The position numbers were made by a program, and so were the translations under genes. A DNA stretch of 64,000 nucleotides from the NCBI GenBank assembly GCA_024679065.1, contig JAGIQG010000001.1, positions 98,952,001 through 99,016,000 of the forward strand. Reading direction: 5' to 3'. This document shows, one piece after another, positions 1 to 10,910 of this stretch. The notes under the pieces were generated by a model, which worked only from the letters and a program-made list of their open reading frames with translations, was not told where the DNA came from and ran no database searches. This DNA is from Sphyrna mokarran. Its lineage: Eukaryota. Positions within the stretch are counted from its first letter, which is position 1. Each line of letters opens with the position of its first letter.

Positions 1-936
1 GCAAATGCAGTGTTCTGGTCTGCAATAGCACACATCAGCACAGACAGTCAGAGATTGCTGATTAGAATGCGAATCCTTACATCTAACCTGCTATTCACGT
101 TAAAGTGGCTAACAATGTGTGCGAAGGGAATCCTGAGCATTGATTAGAGAATTGTGTATTTTTTCCAGACAGCACAGTAAGTGAGGTTTTTTGCTAACCC
201 AGGCAAGTCACGGGGGTTACAGATAGTGTGACATGAAGCCAAGATCCCTGTTAAGACCGTCCTCATGTGTGTGGAACTTGGCTATCAGTCTCTGCTCAGC
301 GACTCTGCGCTGTCGTGTGTCCTGAAGGCCCCCTTGAAGAACATTTACCCGCAGGTCGGAGGCCGAATGCCCATGACTGCTGAAGTGTTCGCACACAGGA
401 AGGGAACTGTTTTGCCTGGTGATTGTTGAGCGATGCTCATTCATCCGCTGTCATAGTGTCTGCATGGTCTCCCCAATGTACCATGCTTCAGGACATCCTT
501 TCTTGCAATGTATTAGGTAGACAACGTTGGCCGAGTTGCAAGAGTATGTACCGTGTACCTGGTGAATGGTATCCTCACGTTTGATGATGTCGTCCATGTC
601 TATGATCTGGCATGTCTTGCAGAGGTTGCTGTGGCAAGGTTGTGTGGTATTGTGGTTACCTGAAGGTTGGGTAGTTTGCTGCAAACAATGATCTGTTTGA
701 GATTGTGCGGTTGTCTGAAAGCAAGAAGTGGGGGGGTGGGGATGGCCCTAGCGAGATGTTCGTCGTCATCAATGATATGTTGAAGACTCCAGAGAAGATG
801 TCGTAGCTTCTCCGCTCCGGGAAAGATCGAAAGCTCGCAAATTTACTATCAAATAAATCGGTTGGATTTAAAATTGGTGTTGCTAGATTCTTACTGAGTT
901 CTTACTACCCCAGTCCAATGCCGGTATATCTACATC
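1..936 (-). mobile_element. Penelope-like retroelement, 5'-truncated GIY-YIG endonuclease region (minus, about 217-822), followed by an inverted terminal fragment (plus, about 826-936)
   Basis: ORFs 451..684 and 217..444 give CNSANVVYLIHCKKGCPEAWYIGET...RMNEHR...HF...EQRLI...GLN, a GIY-YIG signature. They are split by a single TGA, probably from CGA. The plus-strand piece reads cgaaagctcg...aaataaa..gttgga...ccccagtccaatgccgg, which resembles a PLE terminus. Confidence 0.88.
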
Positions 937-1314
937 TTAGCTTATCTAAACCATGGAACAGATTAGTGACCCTTATCTTTCATTAAATTAAGAATATCAG
1001 TATGAAAGAAGTGTACTAAGTAGTGGTAGGATTTACCAATATTACTAAGTTCAGTTAATAGTTTTAAGGTTTATAAATATTGCGAGAGATTTGTTCAAAG
1101 TAGTAAGATTTACTAGGAGTAGCAAAGTTGTTAACAATGAGGGAAATGGAAGGACTGTTCTGGCCTTCAGAGTACACATACTGTGCAATGTAAGAACTCC
1201 AGGTCAATTCCCATGCCCCACCTAGCCACTTGTGTAGCATTTGGTGTCAATTACAGCAGCTTAAGTTCCAGGTTTCAGAGCTTGAGCATGAGCTAGCATC
1301 ACTATGGTACATCC

Positions 1315-1890
1315 ATGAGTTTTAAAGGTGCATATAATATGTTAGCCTTTATAGGAAGGGGTATAGAGTACAAGAGCTGGCCTTTAATGTTGCAGTTGTA
1401 TAAAACGTTGGTTAGACCTCATTTGGAATACTGCGTCCAGTTCTGGTCGCCTTACTGCTGGAAGGACGTGGAGACTCTGGAAAGAGTGCAGAGGAGGTTT
1501 ACCAGGATGCTGCCTGGTATAGAAAGTCTGAGTTACGAGGGGAGGTTAGGCAAATTGGGACTGTTTTCCTTAGAAAGATGTAGACTTAGAGGAGATCTAA
1601 TAGAGGTGTACAAGATTATGAGGGATATAGATAGAGTAAACAGGGTTTAGCATTTTCCTAGGATGGACTCAAATAGCACGAGGGGTCACAGGCTTAGGGT
1701 GAGGGGGTAAGGTATAATTTGGATGCTAGAGGGAGTTTTTTCACACAGAGGGTGGTGGGGATATGGAATGCGCTGCCAAGTAAAGCAGGAGGCAGGTACT
1801 CTGGAATTATTTAAGAAGTACTTAGATGGGCACAAAAACAAAATGGGAATGGAGGGGTATAGAAAACGGATTTAAAATAGGGATCATGAG
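1315..1890 (+). mobile_element. Younger CR1 LINE 3' fragment (C-terminal ORF2 and 3' UTR)
   Basis: ORF 1315..1650 reads LYKTLVRPHLEYCVQFWSP...LERVQRRFTRMLPG...LGLFSLE..RLRGDLIEVYKIM, followed by FFTQRVV..WN.LP. Confidence 0.93.
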
Positions 1891-2144
1891 CCTTGGGAGT
1901 CCCTGGGAAGTGTGTAAATAGATGATGATATTGATGTACTTGTTTTTATCCTACAGGTGCTTTGGTCCACCTTGTTGTCTAATGAGGGGCATACACGCGA
2001 TGGGTCGTCAGAGGGCTGCTCTTGGATCTTTTTCGAGAGTATCCTAGTGCTTCACGTCGTTAGTGTACGCTTGACCTGGACCATTTGATGGGCAACACGA
2101 CAGATCAGTGACTATCGCTGTGCTGTGCAGATACATGGATTTGG

Positions 2145-2405
2145 GCCTGTGTCTGTGGGAGTTTGCGCATTCTCCCCGTGCTTGCGCGGGTTTTCTCTGG
2201 GTGCTCCGGTTTCCTCCCACATCCCAAAGATGTGCTCTTAGGCTAATTGGCAAAACAAATTCTCCCTAAATTGACTCGAATTTGGTTTTTAATCCATAGA
2301 TCTATAAACATGGACAGGGGATCGCGGGTAGAGGTGGGGACATCGGGGTGGCAGTGTGGGCTCGTTGGGCCGAAGGGCCCGTTTCCTGTGCTGTTTTGTT
2401 CTTTG
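2145..2405 (+). mobile_element. tRNA-derived SINE body (V-domain/HE1-like) with a CR1-type 3' tail
   Basis: gagtttgcgcattctccccgtg...gggtgctccggtttcctcccacatcccaaagatgtgc core, and a gggccgaagggcccgtttcctgtgctgt tail shared with CR1 3' ends. Confidence 0.85.
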
Positions 2406-2585
2406 TTTTCTGACAACATCTTTATCAATGGTGACATTATGGCAAAGTGGTTAGTACAGCTGCCTTACAGCACCAGGGATGACTAGGAAGAATGGAAGAG
2501 CAATAGTGATAAGTGGTTCAGTAGTTAAGGGAATAGACAGGCATTTCTGCAGCTGCAGAAGTAAATCCAGGATGGTACATAACCT

Positions 2586-3614
2586 AGATAAAAGCAAATT
2601 AGTGCCAATGCTGGAATCTGAAACCAAAAGAGAGAACACTGGAAAATCTCAGCAGATCTGGCAGCGCCTGTAAGGGAGAGAAAAGAGCTGATGTTTTTGA
2701 GTCCAGATGTCGAAGATAAAAGACGTAGAAAGTGGGGAAAACACTGCTAATAGCGGTCCACAGAGAAAGTAAAGGGTGTGAACAGCCAAATAGCAGGGAA
2801 GCTGGATGCTGTGACGGATAAAGATGTTGGAGGGTTTGGGGAGGCGGTGGGGGTGCGGGGGGAAGAGAGATGGGACAAAAGTAGAATGTAAAAAAGGGGA
2901 AATGGGGAGGGGGGAGAAAAGGTAAGGGAACGGGAATAAACTAGGGGGAAAGAGTGGGTGGGGAAGAAAAATGAAAAAAGACAATAAAAAGTAAAAGTAG
3001 AGACAGTAAAAAAAAATTAAACAAAATAGAATGAAAACAAAGGAAGTTGAGATTGTGATCATCATCTGAAGTTGTTGAATTCAACATTGAGATTGGCATG
3101 CTGTATAGTGCCTTGTCAGAAGATGAGATGCTAAATGCAAACTGGAAGAACAGCATCTCATTTTCTGTTCTCATCTTCTATAGGTACTATTCTCTAGCTT
3201 TTATTTCTTTACTGTCTTTCTTCATTTTTCTTCCCTGCCTCCACTCTTTCCTCCTACTTTATCATCCTTCCCTTATCTTTTCTCCCCTCACTTCCCCTTT
3301 TCTACATTCAACCTCTGTCCCATCTTTCCCCCCCACCCCCTCCCCAACATCTTCATCTGTCATAGCTTACAATTGCTCTGCTGTTTGGTTGTTTACACCC
3401 TTTATCCTCTCTGTGGACAGCTATTAGCAGCCTTTTCTCCTGGTTTCTATGGCTACCATTCATCTTTCATTCCCTCACCCTGCAGTATAAATATTTTCCA
3501 CTTTCTATGCCTTTTAGCTTTGACAAAGGGTCATTTGGACTCAAAATGTCAGCTCTTTTCTCTCCTTACAGATGCTGCCAGATCTGCTGAGATTTTCCAG
3601 CGTTTTCTCTCTTA
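2586..3614. mobile_element. About 1 kb fold-back Penelope-like insertion: two inverted copies of the element 3' end
   Basis: The left arm (minus) and right arm (plus) align as reverse complements. The centre encodes the GIY-YIG C-terminus on both strands (QHLIF..LNVEFNNFR* on minus; KCKLEEQHLIF on plus). A decayed 11-bp duplication lies at 2575-2585 and 3615-3625. Confidence 0.82.
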
Positions 3615-4829
3615 GTATGTTACCTCCTTGGTGTCAACATCAAGATGTCATGGAGCAATTGCAGAGCACCTTGAGCGGGGCAAGGATAAACAGCCACCAA
3701 TCATGGTACAACATAGATACAAACAACGTAAGCAGAAAGAGGAAATGGTACTGCAATCAGACTTCAGGGAGCTAGATAGTAAATTGGGAGGCAGGAGCTC
3801 AGAAATACTAACCTCTGGATATTCTCAGAGCCATATTCAACTGAGTACAGAAATAGGAGGATAAAGATGAGTGCATGGCTGGAACAACTGGACAGGATCT
3901 AGAAGTAATGGGTTTCACCTAAATAGAGTCACGACTGAGTTCCTTGCTAGTGCTATTGGAGACAGTTCAAACTAACTTGGCAGGGATGTAGTAACCAAGA
4001 GATAGTATCAGAATATTGGAACAAATAGATAGCATTAGAATTAGGAATAGCAGTTAATAGGTGGGATCAGAGTAAGAGAGAAAATATTAACATCCAAATA
4101 AAGGTTTCTGTACATGTATGAGATGGAAGAACTGGATGACAAGTCAATGGGAGAACATTCAGGGGACGATGATTATTGTATAATAAAGTTTAGGCTGACA
4201 ATGGCATAAGACAAAAATCAGTCCTGTGTAAGAATAATTAACTGGCAAAAAGAATGGATATGGGCCGAATTAATTTGAGTCGAAAATTGGCAGGAAAAAC
4301 ACTAGCAGAATAATAGGCTACTTTCAAAGAAGCGTTTTTCAGGCACAGTTAAAGTATATTTCCTCAAAAGGGAAATGCAGAATAAACAAATCCAAGATGA
4401 CAAAGGAGATAGATAAAGAAGTAAAAATGTGCTAATGACAGGTGTCAGGTAGAAAATAAAATGGAGAAACCTGGCTACATATAGAAGTTCAGAGAGGTGG
4501 TGAAGAAGCAAAGAAGGAGCATGCAAAAAGACCGGCAGCTAACATAAAAGGAAATCCCGAAGTCTTCCAATAGGCTTTTAAGGGATTAATACATGGAGGC
4601 AGAAGTCTTAGCTGAGGTATTAAATGAATATATTTGCTTTTGTCTTTATCAAGGAAGATGACGTCTTTCAGGTCATGGCAAAAGTGGATGCAATTCAGAC
4701 TCAGCAGGGTTTAAAAAATGAAAAGGATGAAGTGTTGGATATGGGTTGTCTGTATTTAAAGTTGATAAGGCACCAGGTCAGAATGAGATGCATCCAAGGC
4801 CACTGGAGGAGAGAGAAAGCATAAGTGTG

Positions 4830-5030
4830 AAAACCTTGCCATATCAGGAGATATTAGGGCAGATAACCAAAGGTTTGGTGAAAGAGGTAGGTTTTCAGAA
4901 AGTTCTTAAAGAAGGAAAGAGAGACAGAGTGCAAAAGAGCTTTGCTGAGTGGATGAGGAGACTGTTGGAATTCCAGAGTTTAAGCAGGCGGCAGCTGAAA
5001 GCACAATCATCAATCGTGGAGCAATTCAAT
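4830..5030 (-). mobile_element. L2-type LINE 3' fragment
   Basis: accaaaggtttggtgaaagaggtaggtttt...ttccagagt...cagctgaaagcaca; the reverse complement resembles the L2 ORF2 C-terminus (AFS..P.LWNSL...LKTYLF). Confidence 0.6.
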
Positions 5031-5254
5031 TCTCGGCTGCGCTGGAACGGAGGTGCTCTTTTTCAAAAGTCTAGGCTCCAGCCAGTGGACTGAGTCAGGC
5101 CCATTTCCAGCCAGTGATCCCTGATCAATGGGAGCTACTGAGTTGTTGTTGCAGGGTAGGGAATTTAAAAATATGCAGGCAATGTTGTAAGCTTTCTCAG
5201 CATGCTCTTGTATTCATGCCAATAACCTTTTTGGGTTACACTTGGTCCAAGCAG

Positions 5255-5320
5255 TAAGATTTTCACAGTAACTTCATTGCAGTGTTAATGTTGTGACACT
5301 AATAAGTAAACTTTAAACTA
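5255..5320 (+). mobile_element. Isolated SINE 3' tail
   Basis: gattttcacagtaacttcattgcagtgttaatg...taataagtaaactttaaac, the same tail as the SINEs at 29799, 34768 and 46703. Confidence 0.75.
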
Positions 5321-6038
5321 GTGTCAGGGAGCATACATTATAATCTTATGTGATTTTTAAAATCTTTAACTTAAATATTGGCAATTATTGAACGAAAAAA
5401 GTTAGCTGAAAATGATTTTGGATTACATTTTAAGAGATTGCAGACAGATTCTGTAATCTCAGGCTGTTTTAAAGTCGCAGCTATGTGTCATTCCCACTGA
5501 ACATATAACACTGAAAATGTCAATAATTGGACAACCAAAGAAGTGACAGATACTGAATAGTCTTACAATGGGAAGTTTGTTGTCTTCACTGTCTTGGTGG
5601 AAATGTTGTGAGAAGTATCCTGCCAGCTACATAACCTGTCCAATTCTTTATTTCATTGATTTGAATCCACTTTTCCAGATATACAGCCCAGACAGCGAAG
5701 ATCAAAAATTACTCCAATAAGTTATTAAATGAAACTGCTTATACCACGTTTTTTAAATAACACATATATCATCATTAGCTAACAAGTTAAAACTATTTCC
5801 ATGGCTGTATGTAATTCCGCTTTCTAGTAACTATATACCTCCTGGGTATACTTGAGTATCAATTATCAAGTTAACTTTTCTACTTTTCTGTGCAAGGGAA
5901 TAAATCTGAATTTCTCAGCTTTGCATAGTGATACAAACGATAGCAGTTAATGCTCTTAACTGAGCACTCAGATTATTTACAAAGGCAATTACACTGCAAG
6001 GATCATGCATCGGATGAGTAAATAAGTGAGGAGCTTAC

Positions 6039-6183
6039 ATTTCAGTGATGCTTTCAGGAAGCTTGCTGGATATCTCTGTGAGGCCCTTACCACGGCAATC
6101 CACAATACTGTTGCTACATGTACAGACCGCTGGACATGACTTTGAATGGACACTGCAAGACTGTGTTGTTAAACTCTGGTGCC
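6039..6183 (-). CDS. slit2: Slit2 coding exon (equivalent to exon 9), 145 bp, D1-D2 linker and LRRNT of D2: (G)[47 protein letters not shown](I)
   Basis: TTTTTCCCTTCACTCCTGTAG|GGCACCAG...ACTGAAAT|GTAAGC; phase 1-2. LRRNT pattern CP..C.C....VDC, and the Slit2-type GHQS start. Confidence 0.96.
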
Positions 6184-7754
6184 CTACAGGAGTGAAGGGA
6201 AAAACAATGACACCACTGAAAACTAGTCATTATGAATTTCTTCCTTCTTAAAAGTGCATTACACTGGCCAGAATTCTCTGACCGCGTCCAAAGCTGGGTT
6301 TCTCCAGTCACGCTGCAGTGAACAGAAATTTGGCTGAGTAGCGGCAGGGCATGTCAGACCAAAGAATTCCAGCCACTTCATTAAATAATTCATCTGACAA
6401 ATTTGAAATGAGTTATATAATTTCAGTGCCTCAATAATTGCAAACAACTAAACCATAAGTGACTGCAAAACATTCAAAGAAGGTTGAATGATAGACTACT
6501 CTTTAAAATCAAATTAGTAGTATGAAGCAATGCTACTTTATCATCACTGTCCAGTCAGAATTCAAGTAAAAGAAAATATGTGCGTGCTTTAGATGTGACC
6601 TCGACAAACAAATTCATTGATAAAGTTGGCCACATTTATAATATTTATCTTGTATTTATATTACTGATGGGCAAAAGGATAAAACATAATCAGAATTCCA
6701 CAGCACCCAGCTAAACATCTGATATTGCAGTGCATGCAACAATATCAGTAAGATAGATTTACCTTTGCCAGTATATTACTTCATATTGATTAATAAACAC
6801 AGTCAGGTTAAATGGATGCATCAATTACTTACCAAGTAATATTTCTACATGAACGCCAACCATAACAGGATTTGTTCCTCAAAACTTACAAATCCGGTGA
6901 GCATGAAGCCCAATATCAAGTCCTGAGAATTCCATCCTTAATAGCCAGTGAATGCAGTAGGAACTATGCATGGAACTAATGGGTAACTGAAAATGTACGC
7001 TAACTTCAAAAGAAACCTCTGATGTATAACACTGAGAGTCACCTGAATAGAATTGTTCAACCAAGAGTTCATCCTCAGTACTTTTACATCAGTTTCTTCC
7101 AAGCCATGTGCCTATAGCAGTGTATTTGGTTGGGTGGAGCACAACTGGGGCTACACCTGGAAAATCTAGACCAGGTGGAAGATAATGCAGATATCTGGTG
7201 CCAATGCAGGGGCTAAATATTTAGTTCAATTTAACTTAACTCTAATTCAAAAATGTCATTTGTTGCTGTGCAATACAACATTTTTAAATGGTAACAAAAA
7301 TGCAAAATGTAAACGTATTGGAATTATGAAACAAATGCACACTCTCTTACGCATTGCAAATATTAATATCAGTTCTCAGTGAAGCAGAAGGAAAAATCCA
7401 ACTCTCAGGTTCAGACGATTAATTTTACTTTCACAGTATGGGTCGTGGATCAGATACCTTCATTGGATAATATGCATTAATTCATTAAACTGAACCCGTA
7501 TTATTTACTCTGCAATGTTCTAACACGCCAAAAATCCTAGATTGTATGACACTAGTGACAAATGAGGAAAATAAACCCAATCATTTAGCACCCAGATTTT
7601 ATGTGCATGCTTAAAAACATTCAAGGAGATTGTTCAGACAGAAATGCTTTGTACATCAGGACAGAATTTTGGAGATCAGAATGCAATTCCCATCAGATAA
7701 CAATCTGACCAACATCTAACAAAGTGTAGAATATGAAAAGAGAAATAAACTTGC

Positions 7755-7766
7755 CTTTATTCTCAT
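7755..7766 (-). CDS. slit2: Putative 12-nt alternative microexon of slit2 (ATGAGAATAAAG, inserting DENK) with a GC-type 5' splice site
   Basis: Minus strand: ACTAAC branch point (7822-7827), TTTTTTTCCTCCTGCTTTCCAG acceptor, 12-nt exon, AAG|GCAAGT donor. Phase 1-1 fits between exon 8 and exon 9, at the position of the known mammalian DEEE insertion. Confidence 0.85.
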
Positions 7767-8717
7767 CTGGAAAGCAGGAGGAAAAAAATGATAAAAAAAT
7801 ACATCACAATTAATACCTTATGTTAGTCCTTCCAACAAAATCACTAATGATTGGCAAAGGTTGCACACCCCATTACAATTAGCAGCATTTTCAGAAGCCT
7901 AGAGCGTGACAGCGGAATTTAGAAGTTATATAAAAAAAGTATTTTTGCCTTAATAAAAAATAAAAGGAAAGATGTGTGGAACTTAGGGTAGTTGCTCATA
8001 TGAGTACTCTGCAAACAAGGTCGGAGCAACATTTCATGCCTAATTGCTTAATGACAAAGTCTACACATAACACACTTTCAAAACAGTTATACCATCATCA
8101 GGAATGTTACGTGTTTTTTTTATCTTTAATCAGATAAAAAAGAGATCTAACAATAATTGAGACTATCTTTCTCTTACATTCCCAACCTCTGGAGCTATAA
8201 TACATCCAAAGATCTAAGCAATAAAAAGCAATAAGACTTCACACTGAGAGACATTGCTATAATCGTTACCCAAATGTATAGCATTACTATTTCAAGAAAA
8301 CATGTATAAAGAAAAACAATTATAAACAGGTGAAAACAATTGCTACTAAAATATTCTGCAACATCTCAGCTCACTGCAGGATATTATGTTCTAACAATTG
8401 ATGTATTAGTGAACCTACTGGAACTATATATCATCTTATATTCAATTAATTTGCCATTTTCTAAATATAAGAGCAAACACATCCATTTTAAATAAATATA
8501 TTTAATGATTTCAAAACCTAAATTGTTGTAAAAATCCAAATAATTTAGCACATTATTGAGCAGTTAAATAATTAAAACCATTATCCTTTGAATATTTTTG
8601 CAGGTAGTGTGCACATCATGACTACATAAAAATGCAACAGCAGACTAGTTTTTCACAATTTACAGACACACGTTTTGACCAATCTTCTTTTTCAATACTT
8701 CCTTTTTCTCCACTTAC

Positions 8718-8881
8718 CAGAGCAAATAAACTCCTTCTTTTGTACTTCTGCAACATTATGGCCCCTCAGGTGCCCAGGCCCTGTGCATTGCGTGTAAAGC
8801 CCAACTCGAGGGCGCTGCCGCAACCAATCGGCAAGCCATGCTAAATGGCAGTCGCAGTACAGGTTGTTTGAATGGAGCCGG
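8718..8881 (-). CDS. slit2: Slit2 coding exon (equivalent to exon 8), 164 bp, LRRCT of D1: [54 protein letters not shown]
   Basis: TTCTTATTCCAG|CCGGCTC...TGCTCTG|GTAAGT; phase 2-1. LRRCT cysteine pattern CDC..C..C; contained in ORF 8692..8898. Confidence 0.98.
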
Positions 8882-10303
8882 CTGGAATAAGAAAGCAAGG
8901 AACAAAGTTATTTCATTTAGGTGAACAAAGGAAAGTGAGCAACACAATTTCAGAGATCCACGGTTTATGTAATAAGGAGAGCAAATGAGGAATCAATCCT
9001 TTAATCTCATCTGTAAATTTAAGGCTCCCTGACAGGACCATTTCCAATCCTTCCACCCTTCTTTCCTCAACCAACATTTGTGTGACAGCAGCCTTTTAGC
9101 TAGAGATTAATTAATTAATAAAAGTTGGCTCAGTTGTCACAAAATCAATTCAAAGCATCCCCCCTTGACTGGATTACGAGCTCAGCAAACACCTAAGAGC
9201 CAGAAACCCAATTATGGAATTCAGAAGCTGAAGTCCAACCAAATGACAAAAAAGGCAAATTGCACCACAGTGGCAGCATACCGTATTGTCAGCAAGAAAA
9301 ATAATGTTAATAGAAGCTTTGGCTCCCAATTAAAAATACCAATAAGTCTTGCCATTATTAGTCTCTATAAAAACTGCCTTCAAAATCCTTTTAGCAGATG
9401 ACATTCATTTTCCGCTGAACAAGGCTGAAAGTAACTCAATATAAAATACGCCTTTCATATCAATTTTTTTCTGGTTTCCTCATTTCTTGTTTAATCACAG
9501 AAAAAGGATTAACAGATTTTGGCCCCTTGGGAGCTGCGCTCAATGCAATCTCTGAAATTAAAAGACGCAAATGGTAGTAAGCAGGGGAATTAAGTGAGCT
9601 GTTTTCCCTGACAGGACCTTCACAAGAACATGGCTCCCATCCAACAGGCAAAAAGCACCTTGCCATTAATAAAATATCAGACAAATGTATGCTCTAAATT
9701 AGGCAAATTGCTTTGGACTGGCTTTCATGTTCCTCAAAGTAAAATAAAGGATGACAAAAGCTATAAATCAAGCTGCTGTCTGGAATCCTGCATTGACTGT
9801 GTAATGTCATTTCATCAGAACCTTTTAGTCAATGCATTCAATCCTAACAAAATATACCCTAATGGATATTGAAACGCAGAATGCCATCCTGCATGCTAAT
9901 TTTCCATTTAAGAAATTACTGGATAGACAGCTACTTTTAATTAAGTCCTGTACTTTGGAATACATTTTGCAATATATTTTCGTATACATGCCTCTTAAAG
10001 TAGCACTGCAATGTAATTTGTTTATAAAAATAAAATGAGAAAGAAACCTGGTAAACAAATACCTGCCAGAAGCTCGAATTCACCACCAGCCAATGTCCTT
10101 ACATCTATTATCATAGATATTTTTAAGAAGCAGTTACACAGAAATGTAAAAGAGGAAAGACTATGCATTTTGATGCAGGTTTGGAATCTTGTCACTTTTA
10201 AACCATTTTTCTTTATGTAGTTATCACCAATTTCGATAATGTTTCTACTTGAATATGACAAAAATTATATTTTGTAGCAATATCATGTTTCCTTTTTACT
10301 CAC

Positions 10304-10375
10304 AAGGTTCTCAGTCTGGGCATGTGGTTGAAGCTTGCCACCGAGAGTCGGGAAATGTTGTTATTGTTAAGGGTA
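10304..10375 (-). CDS. slit2: Slit2 coding exon (equivalent to exon 7), 72 bp LRR: [23 protein letters not shown](F)
   Basis: TTTTTGTTTTATAG|TACCCTTAACAAT...AGAACCTT|GTGAGT; phase 2-2. Matches SLIT2 [24 protein letters not shown]. Confidence 0.97.
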
Positions 10376-10910
10376 CTATAAAACAAAAAGGTAAGATATA
10401 AATTTTACAAGATTATCAAACTACTCACATTTGTTATTCATTTTAATTGTTTTTTTGCTGTTGATGTAGCTGTAAGTCTCGGACTAATGACGTGAGGGAA
10501 TAAATGTATTCTCTTTTCATTGCAAGTTCAAAGAGCTATAAACAGACCACTTCTGTGAGAAGTCCGAGTATTTGATGTAAGATCATTATTCACAACTGTG
10601 TGCTTCATAACAGAATGGAAATGTGTGCTTTGAAAATGAGGAAGAGGGGAGCCACTGACACTGACAACCGTTGTGTATTCTACTATATTTCACTTTGAAA
10701 TGCTGATCGCAGCTCTTTTCTTCTAATCAATGCCTGCTAACTTGGCTGAATAGTGCAACTATGGTGCAGGTAAGATTGAATATTGCATTATGAGGGCTTT
10801 ACCCATTTTTTTCCCATGGCCTATAGTAATACTAAGAAAAAAAACACAAACTATGTGTGATAAAATTGTAGAAACCAGTGCGATTTTTCCTAAATATTCT
10901 TTATGACAAT

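Larger units (their letters stand above)
1160..4810 (+). mobile_element. Old, fragmented CR1 LINE (ORF1 zinc-finger/leucine-zipper and SGNH-esterase region, then decayed ORF2) interrupted by younger insertions
   Basis: Collinear pieces: about 1180-1314 (LQQLKFQVSELEHELASLWYI), 2490-2580 (RAIVISGSVVKGIDRHFC..SRMV), 3615-3860 (QPPIMV..VLQSDFRELDSKL..ILTSG) and 4620-4810 (FAFVF..EDD; KVDKAPG.NEMHPR.L.E). Confidence 0.75.

Noticed and set aside
2649-3427. Hydrophobic Phe/Leu/Pro-rich ORFs that look like membrane proteins
   Set aside because: They are translations of the low-complexity purine/pyrimidine-rich 3' UTR arms of the fold-back PLE.
3515-3555. Active hammerhead ribozymes
   Set aside because: Every core seen (about 3521, 32570-32620 and 42690-42712) has substitutions in CUGAnGA and/or GAAA, so they are reported only as decayed remnants.
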